Source: Octopus vulgaris (taxonomy: Eukaryota). Taken from it: DNA of 124,000 nucleotides. The stretch covers positions 87,936,001 to 88,060,000 of the forward strand of contig OX597817.1 of the NCBI GenBank assembly GCA_951406725.2. Reading direction: 5' to 3'. A program made the translations under genes and the position numbers. Numbering within the stretch: the first letter of the stretch is position 1; every line of letters begins with the position of its first letter. This document shows, in pieces, positions 61,001 through 77,400 of this stretch. Below the pieces are notes generated by a model. The model made no database searches and was not told where the DNA came from. It saw only the letters and a list, made by a program, of their open reading frames with translations.

Positions 61001-64000
61001 GATAAAGAAATGGAGGTTATCTTTACTTTTAAGCATCATTGAGAGTTGAATTAACTAGTAAATGTTACTAATCAGTAGGTTTAGGCTAAAAAGAAACTGA
61101 TAGAACTTAATATGCAGCATCATCATTTAGCATCTGCTTTCAATGCTGCATGGGTTAGATGTTTGACTGGAACTGGTAAGCCAGAGAGCTGTACCAAGCT
61201 CCAGTCTGTTTTGGCCTGGTTTCTAGGGCTGGATACCCTTCCTAATGCCAACTACTCTACAGAGTGTACTGGGTGCACTTGTGCCTTTTATATGTCATCA
61301 GCATGGGTGCCTTTTATATGTTACCAGCAGTGGCCATGACTAATACTTGATGAAAAATTTTAAGATAAGCAGAAGGGTACCCAATAAACATTCCACACTA
61401 AGATTGAAAAATTCCATATTTTAATTCATGAGTCATATTTCATTCGAACATAAATTTTTAACCAAATTTACTACCACCAATATTAACTTACCCTGAGCAG
61501 GTGATTCTTCTGAAAGATTTTCATGATATTGAGCTGCTAGAATTTTTAGAAAACCAGCACTGATGGAAGCAATATACGGCACATATTTATGCCATTTGGA
61601 ATAGAGACCAAATGTACAGCTTTCTTTATTGAGTAGTCGTTGTTCCATAAAGAATGATGACATCATCTCAAGAATTTGTGCGAGCTGGAAAAAGACATAA
61701 TGAAAATTTATGATAATAATAAATTAAAACCTATAAAATAAAAGTAATGCTTTGATTGTGATGAAAATAGATTTTTATTGTAACTACTTTGAAGAATCTA
61801 CAAAAAGTACTGAGCAGCTGACACTTGTGATAACATCATCTTTCTGGACAACCTGAAAAAACTGGCTTTTAGGCTACATTAACCTTTACAAGCAGTAGAT
61901 TAGAGACAAGTAATTGAAGACCAGAGTCATTTATATCCCAACTTTTAAGTGTTGTGAAGAGAATCATAAACAGAAAGAGAAACAACTCAAACCAACAGAA
62001 ACATTTTAACAATATCCAAAAAAGCTTCTTCTGGGCAAATTCTGAAGTCTACATCTGGATTAAGGGTTACTTGTGCATACTTGGATTGTACCAAAATCTT
62101 TGACAAGGTTAACTACAGAATATCATGTTAAACATTGAATAATAGTTGGCATCTGTTTTATGCAAAACCAAAGTTAAATTGTAATGGCCAACAGATCCCT
62201 ATCAGCAAGTCTGTAGAAATAAGCAGAGTGCAACATGGTACTTTTATGAGGCCTGTTTTGTTCTTGTTGTCAGACAGGGTTAAAAGTATACATTCAACCA
62301 GACTGAGCAGTTATGCTAAACAACACTAAAATGCTGCTACAGATCAAGACAAATGATTATATCTACAAATGCCAACAAGATCTAGATGCCATATACAACT
62401 GAGCAAATGCAATAACCACACAGTCCTGTCTGTACCCAAAGAAGTAATTATATAAAATTGATATTGCTACAATGGATTAAAAACTGACCTGGTGGCTAGA
62501 CAGTTGTGATGCTGAAGGGGCAGAAATGTTTGATAACTGCTGTAGTTGATAATCTTCATCAAAACTTCCAGGTGTTGCACATTCAGTAACATATGGGAAA
62601 GCAGTCTCACTGAATATTTGCCAACATTTCACATGTAGTCGACCTTTTGATGAAACTATAATAAAAGACATGAGAAGAGATTACAAGATTTGCATGTATG
62701 TGTATATATAAGTGTGTGTATGTAATATAGATAAATATGTTTATATGTTTGTGTATAATATAAATACATATATTTATGTATGTGTTTGAGTATAATATAG
62801 ATACATATATTAACACATGCATATGTGTGTCTGTGTGTATAATATAAATAGATATATTTATATGAGTGTATGTTTAATACATATATTTATGCAAGTATTA
62901 GTGTGCATCTGTTTGTATGTATATGTCCAAAAATATTAGCACTGAAACTCATACCAAAAACAAAATTCTGAAACATGAATATAATCCACTCTCTGTTCTC
63001 CCTTAATGGAACCAATTATATATTTAACACTGTAACTAAAGTTTTATCAAACAAATCACAAATTACAAATAAATTCAAACTTTGCTTTGGCAAATGTAAT
63101 CACAATATCTAGGGACCCACCTGTCCCTAGATATGTTTCTCCAGATATGATAGTGTTTCTGGATGTTGAATTAAATATAAGCCTCCGCTTTAAACCTAGC
63201 TATGGATCTAATTACTGGTATCTGAGGTATGTACAAGTGAACTGACCAACTAAATAAGCCATTAGAATTGATCACAAGATCAAAACTGTTATTGATAGGG
63301 TTTTTAAAAAATATTTTGCTATGCCTTAATATACGACAGTCAGGAATAGGAGCAGGTTCTCTAGAAATGTAACATGCAACAGACTAGCTTCTTAATCAAG
63401 AGGAGCTGTGTTTTCTATATCTCTGCAAAGATAAGGAAAGGCCCCATGATTTGTAGGGAATTGTTGAAGAAAGAAATGGTGATGTTTCAATCCCAATTTG
63501 TGTTTTCCCATAGATAAAGAGGAAAGAAAATAGAAAAATACTTAATGTATGTTAACTAGAAATGAAATATAGAAAGTGAACACTGAATTTAATAATATTC
63601 CAAACTTACTGTGGCAGTTTACATAAAACGCACACAATAAGTAGTAGTAGCATAGGCAAAAAAGTGAAGAAGAGTTCAGGATTGAGCATATGGATTCATT
63701 AATAATATATTATAATAATTTTGTAAGAAAACACTGTTGTATAATTTATATTTCTGATGGCTAATGTAATTTGCTGAATAATGTACACTACAACATACAA
63801 GCCTGTCTAATTACTGTAATATCCAAGCACAAAACTGGAAGTAGCTCACATATAACTTCTGTATTTATTAAATGATGCTTATCATCCATTGGATTGAATA
63901 CTTTTTTGCCAACACACACACAGATACATATATATTGCTGAATACTCTACACTGAATACATAAATAAGCCAAGTCGATGATACATTAAACTATCACCCCA

Positions 64001-67000
64001 TATTATGCAAGTATGGGTATGTTATCATTATATTCCCTAGTAAGGCACTTTACAATATTTATCTAAGGTTACTTAAACTGTATGGAACATCCAAGGAAAA
64101 AAGTTTGTGATAGACTACCTGGAGAAGATTCACCTTGCATTGGCTTAGAGTTTATAGAAATTAAAGTCAAGCATTGACCCTAATAATCTCTTGTACACTC
64201 AGTTTTTAGAAAGGTAAACAGAAACAGGAAAAGATATTAGTAATAACAGATTAGAGGAAAAGGGTGAAAACAGCAAAGACTGACCTTTCAGAAGCATGGA
64301 AAGTATTTGAGAAAGGTAGTAGTGGAAACAAGAATTCAGTACTTTGTGTAAGTGTGTACAGAACAGCTGCAAACAGAGAAATATAATATATTCAATAAGA
64401 AGTGAGTGAAAAGTAGACATGTTCCTGAAATATAATTTCTTTTTTAACAATTGTATTTTAGTACAATATTAGCACTGATTTAAACTGAGAAAATGGACTG
64501 AAAATTAAGCAGGATGTCTTTTTCTCAGCTTATTAAAAGTTGCTTGCTTTTACAAAATGTAATTCCATGCTCAACTGTCCTTCTGTTTGATTGGCAGGAT
64601 CGTTAGGGCACTGGACAAAATGTCCTAAAGTATTTAGTTATAGGCTTTCAAATCCCACTGAATCAGTTTCATTCTTCTTCAGTTAATAAAGTATCAGTCA
64701 ATTACTGGAGTTGATTTCTATAATATATCTAATGCATTAATGGAATTATAATAGAAAACTAAGACTTTGACTTATGCATTAAAGTTAGTTCAAATAATTA
64801 TATACTTCCTACAAAATTGGCCAGAAGAATTCCTTAATAAACAGTGGGACATCTTTTACTTGGTCCTTGGTATTAGAACCTGCTGAAGATCAGAAAACCT
64901 AACACAAACAGGATTATATCAACTTTTGTTTCATCAAATTTCCAGAGGGTGGATAGCTATTTTTTCAAATATAACGCTGTATGATGGCTCTGTAAGTTTA
65001 TATTTTATCCTTTTCTAAGCTCCTTAATGTTATACTAGAAAGAAAGTCATTTGGCAATGCACTTGTACTTCTCTGCCTAATAATGCAATACTACCACTTT
65101 TGCACTATTCTAGATTGCTTGGTAACAGAGAACAATGGCATATTCCTTAAAAAAAGTTGTCAGGGAAACAATGGGTTACATTTTAAGGAAAATGTTCCTT
65201 CCTTTACACTGTGACTAACTTTAACATTCCGCTCTTCACTAGGAAAATTTTGTACCAGCTATACAGACAATTGAATTGACACTGTCTTAACTGTGGACAT
65301 GGTCTTCTCTCAAATTCCACAGGAAATCAATGAACCATTCTGGGTCTATTGAAAAGAGTTCTACTGGTGATTGCAACAATTGATGCATGGAAGAATGCAA
65401 TCTCCACAGGATTTGGGTTCACAGATGGATATTCTGTTGATGATTGTCACAATGACACACTGACAAGTCAGATTCAACAATCATACAAGCAGCAGCAGTC
65501 CAGTATCACTCCAGTGATTGGAGCAGAAATCATAGCTCTATCACAAAGACTAACCAGAGACAAGAAAGAAAAGTAACAGCCATCAATAAACACATAAAGC
65601 AAGCTAATGAACAGGCACAAGCAAGAAACCATGTTTACAAGGTAGAGCTAACAGGTACCACAAGATACCTCACTTGATACTCTTATAATTACAAGGTATC
65701 TCTAATAATTAAAGGTACCTCAAACAGATACCACATGGTACTTTGTTCAATGCTCTAACAATTCTACCCTTTACTTATGACAGGCAAAGTTGACCTTGGC
65801 AAGATTTGAACACAAAACACTGAGAGTCAGAATAGATATCACAAGGTATTCTATTTGACACTCTCATGACTGTCAACAGACTGCCCTGTACAATTAAATC
65901 ATTAATAATTAGAGATTAATATGCGTTATTAGATCAATTCATTAGAGATAAATTGCATTTTATCCAATGCCCTAATGATTCTACTAATTTGCTGCTCTAA
66001 CCAAATTATTAATAATGAGAGATAAACATGCATTATCAAATTAGTAAATCAGATATGATTTAAGACAAGAAAAACAAATTCAAAAAATGTAATTTATAAG
66101 ATGTAAAAGAACTCTACCTACTTTGTTTAAATAATAGCTACTTTTAATGAAGGAAATGAGCTCTATAAATTTAAATGTGTATATCTAGGATGTTGTGATG
66201 TTCATATCTGAACATAAGTTCCATAAGTGAAGTGAAATGACATCATTACAAACTGAGAATTGAATCTCGGTATCAGCCTCTTGTTTTTTCAAAAGCTCAC
66301 GACATCCCTGTTGAAATACTGAAGTATTCTCAATGAAAGTACTTAGTTATAGAGTTTAGTTTCAACAATGAAAGGAATGAAAATAACGTTAGTTTTGTAA
66401 CACTCACCTCAAAAAGGATCAGTTCCCTTGACATTGGTTCTGCTCCACAGCTGATAAAAGCTGTTGATAATACGTCGATAAGTTTTACAACTTCGGGATG
66501 TGGGAGGTTGAGTTTCTCTAACCAAATACACACATCGAACTAAGAAAGAAACAACAGACACAAATCATAGAAAATATAATCTAAAAGGACTGATGGAAAA
66601 TATAAAAAGAATTACAGATAAATTAATGCTAAATATATTTTGTCTCACAATGCAACTGAAATTAAGGCAGAGTTCTACATAATATTTATACCTTAACATA
66701 TGGGACATCAATATGAGGGAGTGCTGAAAAGTTCCTAGCTTTGGGTAAAAGGAAATACAGGAGGATCAGTTAATTATGGTTTTAGTCAACATATTCCCCT
66801 CTCAGATTCACACACTTATTGCAGCAGTCCTTCAGTTTTTCTAAGCCCTGTAAAAGATCTCGGAAGGTTGGGCCTCCAATGAGATCTTTTACAATACCCT
66901 TAAAGTCAGAAGCTTTCAGCACTCCCTTGTATATTTCTCAAACTGAGGTTCACTTAATCATTCCCAGTCTTATAATTAATTGTAATTTTAGCCCCAATAT

Positions 67001-70000
67001 TCCTCTACAACATACAAGGGAATAAATTCAGATCTCTTGCTTGTTATAATGTTCTTGACTCTAAACAAGGGACACAATGGCTAATTGAGAAACTCAAACT
67101 TTATTCCTACTTCATGGTTAGTAATGAGAAGGAAAATCTTCTCCTTCCTAATAACTAATGTAGTAAGAGCAGGATTTGTTAATTAATAAAAAATATTACT
67201 TCATCCATGTAGGAAAAATTGATATAAAACTGTAATATATTAATGACTGGGCTGGGGAGGATGAACAAATGGACAGCATATATTTAAGTGAGGGAAGGGG
67301 CTAATATAATGTAAAGAGGTAAAGAATGTTTTGAAGAGGGGAAAAAAATTAGCTAAATGGAATACTATCGCAAGGGAAACAACTCTAATGTTCAAATTAA
67401 AGATTGAATGAAGATATCCAGTGGGGAGAAGGAATATGATATTTAGTAAATATGATAACTATTGACGTTTTAGTCAAATTAAACCTCTTCAATAAATCAT
67501 GATCTAAGCAATAATTACCTAAACCTAAACTGAGGAAATGTATTGACATTTGAGAGGAAATTATTCACCAAGTAGGCAAATTAAAATAATCCTTTCTACT
67601 TATAGGCACAAGGCCTGAAATCTTTGGGGAGCGGTTGATATAATCAACCCCAGTGCTCAACTGGTGTATATTTTATCAACCCTGAAGGAATGAAAGGCAG
67701 AGTCGACCTTGGTGAAATTTGAACTTGGGATGTAAAGAGCTGGAAGAAATGCTGCAAAGCATTTTTGCCCAACATGGTCACCACCTTAGAATAATTTAAA
67801 ATGATAAGATAGATGCCATCTAGAAGAAAAGCATTTAGTTCATAAGAAGGAGCTTAAGAACTAAAAAAATATGCTGGCAATCATTCATTGTCAAGGAAGT
67901 GAACTCAATATGAAATATGTATAGCTTTTGTTTTTGAGACAATTTTTATCTAGAATAACGTTATTCAGCCTATCTTTCCTTTTATTAAATCGGCAAGGTG
68001 TGACTTGAGGGAGATTTGGTTGCTATTTTCGGTAGGCTGACCAACAATATACAAACTAACTTACTGGTTCACAATTTTTAAGTTCGTTAGTTAGATATCT
68101 CTGGTAAGTTTAGATAAAGCAGTAATTAGTAAAAGAATAATAGATTAAATAGTTAATGATAATATGTAAAATATTTGTAGCATAATGAATTTTAAAAAAT
68201 CAATTAATTAATTTTAGTTGAAACCATTCTACCTCTGAATGATTGTCAAAGGCAGTGGTTCTCAACCATTTTTGGCCTATGGACCCCTTTGATTCCTATT
68301 TTACTCAAGTGCGTTCTCATAACCATTTGATGTATATAAAAAAGTCCTACTGTATTTCAATAATTAAATAAAATTAGAAATTGTATTAAAAAAAATTTTA
68401 ATATTTTGTGTATCGTAGAAGCGTATTCAATTTATTGCAGATAAGTTTTAATAATAAAATCTTATATACCCCTCAAGGGCTATATGGACTCCCAAGGCCA
68501 ATATGGATCCCCAAGGGCCATATGAACCCTGAAGGGCCATATGGACCCTGTTTGAGAACCACTGGTCTAAGGGTAAAACTTGAATGTTTACTCAGAAAGA
68601 AATCTATAAATGCTCGAACTGCCATTTTAAAATGTAATTCTAAAGACTTACCTTTGATAGCAGCATGAAAGCCATATCTATTTGACATGAACGAAGGACA
68701 ATCAGTTTTTCATACATAGCCAAAAAGCAGCCTGGATTCAGATTGGGTAAGAAGTGAGGAGACATTAAACCTGCAAGGTCAGGATGGTCAAGCACAAAAT
68801 TCAACAGAACAGGGCTTTGGTCAGGCATTTTCTGAACAAATTCCTGCAAGGGAACAAGACATTAAAACATTAAGAATAATTCTGTATTAAATCAATGTAA
68901 ATAATACTGAAACAGTAAAATAGACAAAATGGAATAAGCAGAACAAGGGGAGACATGTGGGATAGAGAATTGCAGAAGAGGTCATAGGATGTGTGATGAA
69001 AGAACTTTGACAAAGAAACTAAAATAATAATAATAAAGCTGAAGTGAAGACCAAATATATATTATGTGTGTTTAATTGGCAAAATATGATCATCCACAAA
69101 TATAACTCTACTTCAACACACAACTTCACAAAAAGTAAAATATTTAATTAATAAAAATTTTTAGCAAAAACAGTTACTGTTTGAAGACAAAAACTTAGAG
69201 AGAAAATCTCTCACGACAAATAATGTGCAGCAATTGTGGCTATTAAGGAGTATAAATCTAGCTTCTAATACTGTATTATTTGCTTAAATAGATAGTTATT
69301 TTGTTTGTATTTAACTAACCAACACAAAAACCCTTTGCATTTCAATGTGTACCATTGAAACAGAGCATTCATCCTCATTCATTTAATGTCTGCTTTCCAA
69401 ACTGGCATGGGTTTGACGGTTTGACTGGAACAAGTAAGCTGGAGAGCTGCATCAGGTTCCAGTCTGACTTGGCATGGTTTCTATGGTAGGATGTCCTTCC
69501 TAACACCAACCATGCCAAGAGTGTAATGGGTGCTTCTTACATGCCACCAGCACATGCTTCAATATCCAAATTCATAAAAACAATCCAACCTACTCCAAAA
69601 AGGAGGAAAATATATAAATATATCTCAAAATTCCTCACAGTAAAATTGTGCTTGGTGAGAACTAGTTGAGTATGTTCAATGATTGGAAGAGTTAAGGTGA
69701 AAGTAAAGCCAAATATTTCGAGTAATAAATTACCAATATTATTTGATGACTAATATTATTTTTTAATAATGAGTACAGGAGATATATCCTGACATTTTAC
69801 TCTTGTTTAGGGTTATCTGAGGCAAGAATAATCCCAACAGAGCTGCCAAATTGAATGACTGTATATAGCAATGTTAAGAGATCAAAGCCACTCTGCCTTG
69901 TCTTTCCTCACTGAGCCCACATATCCAAGTCATTCTTCTGATTCCATATCTATGTGATTCTCCTGGTCCTATTTCAAAGTGATTCTCTTGGACAGAAGAT

Positions 70001-73000
70001 GATGGAGGGAGAGGTGGGAAGGAAGAAAGGAAAGAAATATGAAAGATGAAAAGCAAAGAAATATGTGAGATGATGACGATGATGTCAATTCTAAAAATTT
70101 CTCGCTTTGGCAAAAAAACAGCAATTTTGTTAAGTTGGTGACTTAGATCTACAGAATCAGCTACAACTGGGATTGAACTCAGAATGTAAAGAAACAATAC
70201 TGAATATTGAAAGATAGTTAGCCAAGCATGCTACTATGTCTGTGTTTCAACTTTAACTCTATAGCAATGATTATGGTAGCAAAATTGATTATTAAAATAT
70301 AAGGGATTATGATCGATATGTAACAGTGGCTAACAGAATTGGTAGAACTTTAGACTGAATATCTTCTGGTAATTGCTTATATCCTTTTAAATTCTGAATC
70401 AGAGCTCTTCTTTGCAAGGTTGACAAAATGAAATTCCTATCATTTTGTCGATGGAAGTGCATGGCTTAGTGGTTAGGGTATTGTAATCATGACAGTAAGA
70501 TTGTGATTTCGATTCATGGACCATGCAATGTGTTGTGTTCTTGAGCAAAATACTTTATTTCATGTTGCTCCAGTTCACTCAGCTGGCAAAAATTAGTAAT
70601 TCTGTGATAAATTGGTGTCCCATTCAGGAGGATGTTGTGGTCTCAGTCACTTAAATGCTAAGGCAACTGGGTAACCAGTAACCCCAAATCTATATGACTC
70701 AAGAAGGACTTTATCCTTTTTTTTTATCCTTTATTTGTAGGGCTGATATAATCAACTGTATCCTTGAATTAATATAATTGACTCTACCCTAGAAGACAGT
70801 GCCCAATGATTGAAACATCATCCTCTAACATCCATTTTCCATGCTGGCATGAGCTGGGTAGCTTGAACACAGCTGGCAAGCAGGAGAGCTGCACCAGGTT
70901 CCAGTCTGATGTGGCTTGGTTTCAATGGTTGGATGCCCTTCCTAATGCCAATCGCTTTACAGAGTGTGCTGGGTGCATTTTACATGGCACCAGCAAACTT
71001 ATAAAAGAATAAAAGAAAAGTTTCTCTCAATTATTCCATTTCATTCTGACTTACCTGCCCAAGAATATCAAGACAAGAAGCAAAAAACTGTCGGGTTGGT
71101 GGGTAAAAATTGGTTTCATTAGTAACCATATTAGCAAGGTAATAAAAGATGGCGCAACCAATGCTTTGTAGATGCTCAATCTTGTCTACATCTGTCCGTG
71201 CTCGGGTCAACTTAATCAGTGTACTGAAAATAGAAAAAATATAATGTTGAGCAACACTGTAGCAATATGAATATACTGGCATAACACTATAACAATATAA
71301 ATATACAGAAGTATATATAACAATATAAATATACAGAAGTATGTATAACATCATATAGTAATATATTTACAGCAGTAATATATTTACTGCAGTAATATAT
71401 TTACTGCAGTATAACAAAATAGCAATATATTTATATAACACTATAGGAATCTAAATATAGCAGTATAATATAGCAAATAGCAGGTACAACTTCTAAGTCA
71501 TAATGTGGAAACAATTAATTAAGTCTAGTCTAGTAGTGGTCAGCCCTTGGACAGGTCCTGTGCATGTGAATCATCTCCAGCACTCTCTATATAACCTGGG
71601 AGGGCCTGTATGCTTCCCTGCCACCATTAAGTAGATTACTGGGATTTTGGTTACCCTAACTGGACTTGGGATGAACACTGGAGTGGTTTCCTATTGGCTT
71701 CTCCAAGTGGGTGGGATCGAACTCAGAATGTAGAGAGCCAGAAGATGAACCATAAAGCATTTCTGCCAACGTGCCAACAATTCTGCCACTCTCCCACTTG
71801 AAAAGCAATGTGAAGTGAGGGGTTTTGCTCAAGAACACAACACACTGCCCTGTCTGCAAATTGAACCCATGATCTAACAATCATGAGTGCAACCCCTAAC
71901 TATTAGAGCATGTGGCTTTAATTAAGTGTTTGAAGTTTTAACACTTTAGCATTTAAACCAGCTATATCTGACCTAAATATTCTGCCTGTTTTATGTCCAA
72001 AGTGGCCAAATCTTACCTCTCACGTTTTTCCTACAATGTCATTGAAAAAATATATTATCATATCATTGAAATCTTGAGATAATACATGATTAATTCAAAA
72101 CAATGTGAAACATAACATCTGACATAGTAACTTGACTACTAAAGGGTTAACAGTGTTCTGATTCCTTACCTCTACTGACAGCCCACCTACTACTCTCACC
72201 ACTACCACCATTACCAGAAATTTCTTTATTGAACCATGGCTTTATTTCAACACACTTATCTGACTTATGTAAGTACAGAAAAGGGAACATTACAAAAACA
72301 AGTAACCTCTAAGTACTATCATCATGATGACACCCTTTTATTTTTGTGGCTTGTACCTATAATACACCATATAGTTTAACATTATGCCTAATTTTCATCA
72401 GTTTTGTTTTAAATCACATTATCCAATGCATCCTTCCCTTTTATACAGAAAGATGTGATTTGAGAAAGACTTGGTTTCTATTTCTAGCAGACCAAATAAA
72501 TGTCCTACAATCTTGTTGATAATTATAATGTGAACTCATTTCAAGTCTCTGACAGATATAAAAGAAGGAAAATTATTCTGAATTGAAACCAAGATATTAG
72601 TACACTCAACAGCAATACCACTCAAGGTAATAAACCAGGTTGATACACCCTACTGCACTTATCACTATTTATGAAGTTTATAATTTACCAGGAAAAGTTT
72701 TTCTTTCAAATGTTTCGCTTTTGATTTATAAATGCTCTCCAAAACATTAAGACTTCAAAATTGTGTTTATATTTCCATTTTGGTTGTTATGGTTCAAATA
72801 TCATTCTTTGCATAAGTCATCAACTTACGTGATAATGTTTTCCACATGAACTGCAGCAACACAAACTTTTTGAGGAGGAGGAAGTAAACCTTCTTGTACT
72901 AAAACTTGTTGTTGGCCTTCTATATCATTAAGTTTCTGTTGTATATCGGCGTTTAGAGTTTTTTCACATACCTATAAGATGTGCAGAATGAAGAAAGATG

Positions 73001-74388
73001 ATAAATAACAATCACATTTTTAACATCTATCATATAAAGAAGTTGCAGTTTTAATTAAAAGAAAAGAAATATATAAAAATTTACATTCTGGGTTCAGTCC
73101 CACTGCATGGCACCTGGGTCAAGTGTCTTCTGCTATAGTCTCACACTGACCAAAGCCTTACGAGTGGATTTGGTAGACAGAAACTGAAAAAAGCCCTCTC
73201 TCTCTCTCTCTGTATCTCTCTCTTTGTGTTTGTCCCCTACCACCACTTGCCAGCTGGTGTTGGTGTGTTTATACTCTTGTAACTTAGGAGTTTGGCAAAA
73301 GAGATCAATAGAATAAGTACCAGGCTCAAAAAAAAAAAATATTACTGGGTCAATTCTTCAAAGCTGTGTCCTAGCATGGCCGCAGTCTAATGACTGAAAC
73401 AAGTAAAAGATAAAAGATAAGAGATAGAGGAGAGATATAAATGTAGATTCTTTCTCCTGTGGTCAATTCAGATATTGACAGTTTGTCGCTCTTGGACTCT
73501 AAACCATTCTAAACTTAGCTGTATTAGGAATTTACAGTTCTCAGATAATTTCTTTTTCTATTTTGCAATTGGTGATCAATAGTAACATCAGCTACAGGTT
73601 TCCCATGAACCAAATACCAATTGCCTACATTTCTGAATCAAATTGACAAGGGAAGTGTCTTAAATGGTACAAAGGATTCCACTGAAAGTGCACCAGCTTT
73701 CACTGATGTCACTTTGCAAATATATCAGCTAAAGATATAAACATATGAACACACACGCATGCGTGTGCATATACACAGACTGGTGAATGCTTGCGTTTAC
73801 TTAAAAATAAAATGGATTTAATACACAAAGCTGAGTTTACATATTTTATGAGAGTTTGAAGTTTCTTGATATATTACTCTGAATTTTACATTGAGAATCA
73901 TATAAACATCATGACAATATGTAAACAAAAAACAAATTGTAAATACATAAAAATAAAATAAATTGTTGACATTTGATTGTTTACCAAATTACCACCAGAA
74001 ATTATATCATACATTCATCAATTCAACATGGAATATGTTATACTTATCTGGTCACATGCAAACATATTTTCATGTCTTCAGTATTACTGCCAAAAGTCAT
74101 CTCTACAGATTTTCTTTAAAAATTATAGCAAGCACTGATTCAGGCTATAATTTCTTTAGAAAATCTGTAGAGATGACCTTAACATGTGATTTAAGCGCAC
74201 TGCTAACACAGTAGTACATGGTATTGACTTTTTGCAGCATATCATGCTTGCATAATGAAATACCATATGCCTACAACTCATTAATAAGTCTTCAGTATTG
74301 TAGGTATAAAATACATTTAATACATGTCTTTAATATTTTATATACAAAACACATAAAAGCAAGGAAGGTAGCTATGGTTAATAGATCA

Positions 74389-74428
<40 letters not shown>

Positions 74429-77400
74429 GGGTTGGACAAAATAATGTAAACGTCTTAAAGTTTCAAACAAATTTAGCAGTAATTATAGCTTGAACTCTAC
74501 GAGGTATGGACTCATACAAAGTTTTAATTGCTTCCAAAGAAATTTTTGTTCATTCTTCAGCTAAAGCAGTCTCCAGTTCTTGTAGTGATGATGGTGGAGG
74601 ATATTGACTCCTTACTTGTTTTTCTAAAATGAACCATAAATGTTCAATAATATTGAGATCTGGGGACTGTGGTGGCCAGATAAGATGTTCAAATTTGCTA
74701 GAATGTTCCTCATGCCATTCAGTAACAATTTTAGCTGCGTGAATTGGTGCATTATTATCCTGAAAGATTGCGTTTCCCTCCAGAAACAGTTCCGCAAGCA
74801 TAGGATGAATTTGATCAGATAAAATGTTTAGTCTTGACTATTAATTCTGCCATGAAGGGAAACCACTGGGCCAGCAGATATCCAAGATATAGCCCCCCAG
74901 ATCATCACAGATCCTCCTCCATGTTTAACAGTTGGAAGAATGCAGTCTGAGTCAAATCCTTCTTTTGGCAGTCTCCACACTTATACTCGGTCAGTGGTCG
75001 GAAATAAGGTAAAGGATGACTCGTCTAAGAAAATAACATTCTTCCACTGCTCTAGGGACCAATTCTGTAGGTTTTTACTCCACTCTAAATGCTTTGCAAT
75101 GTTTGTTTTTGAAAGTAGTGGTTTTCTGATTGCAGCCCTCCTGTGAAATCCGGCTTTGTGCAGCTCCCAGTGAACAGTTTTTCTGGAAACTGGGTTCTCA
75201 AGGTGGTCATTAAGCTCTGCAGTAATTTGGGGAGCTGTACATTTGTGATCCTTTCTAACAATTCACGTAAGAATCTAACAGTCCTTATCTGAAAGTTTTG
75301 GTTTTCTTCCGGAGTTTTGTTTCAATGAGGAGGTTTTTCCCTCTTTCTCAAAGGTTATCATTACTTTTGAGACAGTACTTCTTGATACACCTAACATTTC
75401 AGCTGTTTTCATTATGCTAACACCAACAATTTGACCTCTTTGAAAGTCTGATAGATCTGTCATTTTAATGAATTCTAATTACCTTTTTCTGGTAATATCT
75501 GAAAAGAAACAGCAATTTTAGCAAAACATATTAAGCAACACTAATAATAAATCAAAAAACATAAAAATAAACAAGCTTTTGGTGGTTTTATAGATATTTC
75601 AAAATTATGATGCTATGTGTTTCCGGTATTTTGTCCAACCCCTGTAGCATGCCTATTAAAGTGCACAACATATAACATTTGAGTTAGAACTCCATATGTT
75701 CATTTCACTCCAAAACAGATGTGTAAGAACAAAATTTGTGTCATTCCACAGATAATTTAATGTGATATGTTTCACCACTATGTCTCACCACATTTTTTTA
75801 TCATCTAGTACATAACAAGAGAAATTACTATCAGAACTAATAGAGCATCAGATAAAATACCTTGCTGCATTTAGTTGCCAACCTTTACAATCTGAGTTCA
75901 AATCCTGCCTAAGCTCATAATAAACTTTGTCTTTCAATATTCCAGGGGTAAAAAATAAAGTATCAATCAAGTATAATCAATTGTTTAACCCCTCAAAAAT
76001 TGTAGCCTTCTCCCTCTGAAATTCATATATAGTGCTTGCTTCAACTAATTATACTCCTATGCAGAAGATTCATGCAATTTGAAGGAATACTATTTAACTA
76101 CTACTACAACTACTACTACTACTATTACTATTACAGTCAGTATGAGGCTCAATAATCGAGGTCGGTGAATCTGTGAAGAGAGAGAAAAAAAGAAAATCAT
76201 GTTGAATAGTGATAGAAGTTGAGCAGAATATGAGAGGATATAAACAATATGTCAACCATAAGAGAAAGTGCTGCAGAGTAACATGCATACAAAATGCACA
76301 ATGCAACAATGAATTATATCTAAATACTTACTCTTACAGATGTTGTGATTGAACCAGAACACTTGTGGGTAAAGTTGATAGTACTCCTGCATTCTAGTGT
76401 TACTGGGACCTATCAACAATTGAAAGATTTAATGTTAATGAATTTGATTTATACAACAGCAATAGTTCAGAAACAGACCAAATGTTTTTAACATTAAATA
76501 AAATAATATGCTTAAATAAAACAAATATGCCAATACCAACAACACCAGCACTTTAACAGGCATATTATAAATATGTGTGTGTGTGTGAGTGTGTGTGTGT
76601 GTGTGTTTGTTTTGATATTCAGTTATAATAAAAACAATAATTTTACATTAATGTGATGGGTTACTCTATACTTTTGTAGAGTATTAATTTTTACTCTTAC
76701 ACAAGAATATTGTTGACTGTAACTTTGAAGTTTCAGCCAATTTGTATACACATAAACATTAAATAGGTACATTATAAACACACACACTACCATCACCATC
76801 CTCCTCCTCATCATCATCATTTAGTGTCTATTGTCCATACTGGCATAGGTTGGATGGTTTGACCAGGACTAGCAAGCTAAGGGACTTCACCCTCCAGTCT
76901 GATTTGGCATAGTTTCTACAGCAGGATACTCTTCTTAATGCCAACCACTCCAAGAGTGTAACAGGTGCTTTTACATGCCACTGGCACAGATACCATTTGC
77001 GTGACAACAGTATCTGCCATGATTGCGATTTCATTTGGCTTGATGGGTCTTCTTCTCAAGCATGGCATATTGCAAAAAGTCTCAGTCATATGTCATTGCC
77101 TCCGTGAGGCCCAACATTCAAAAGGTGCTTTTTACATACCACTTGCACAGGTACAAGCTACACAACACTGGCATCAGACATTGCCTCTGTGAGGCTCAAC
77201 ACTCAATAGGTACTTTTTATGTGCTGCCAGATGCATCCATGAGGCCCAACGCATGATAGAGTTTATTAAGACAGATTTCCTATGGTCAAACGGCCTTCCT
77301 GTCACCAACTGTTGCTTGTTTCCAAACAAGGTAGTATTTGCCCATTTGCAGAATATTGGAAATTAATGATACTCATTTACAACAAGAATGTGATGTGAAG

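Noticed and set aside
66254-66307. In-frame 54-nt candidate EPG5 cassette exon (GCRELLKK...)
   Set aside because: Weak donor (GTTTGT), and the recalled human sequence is colinear without it.
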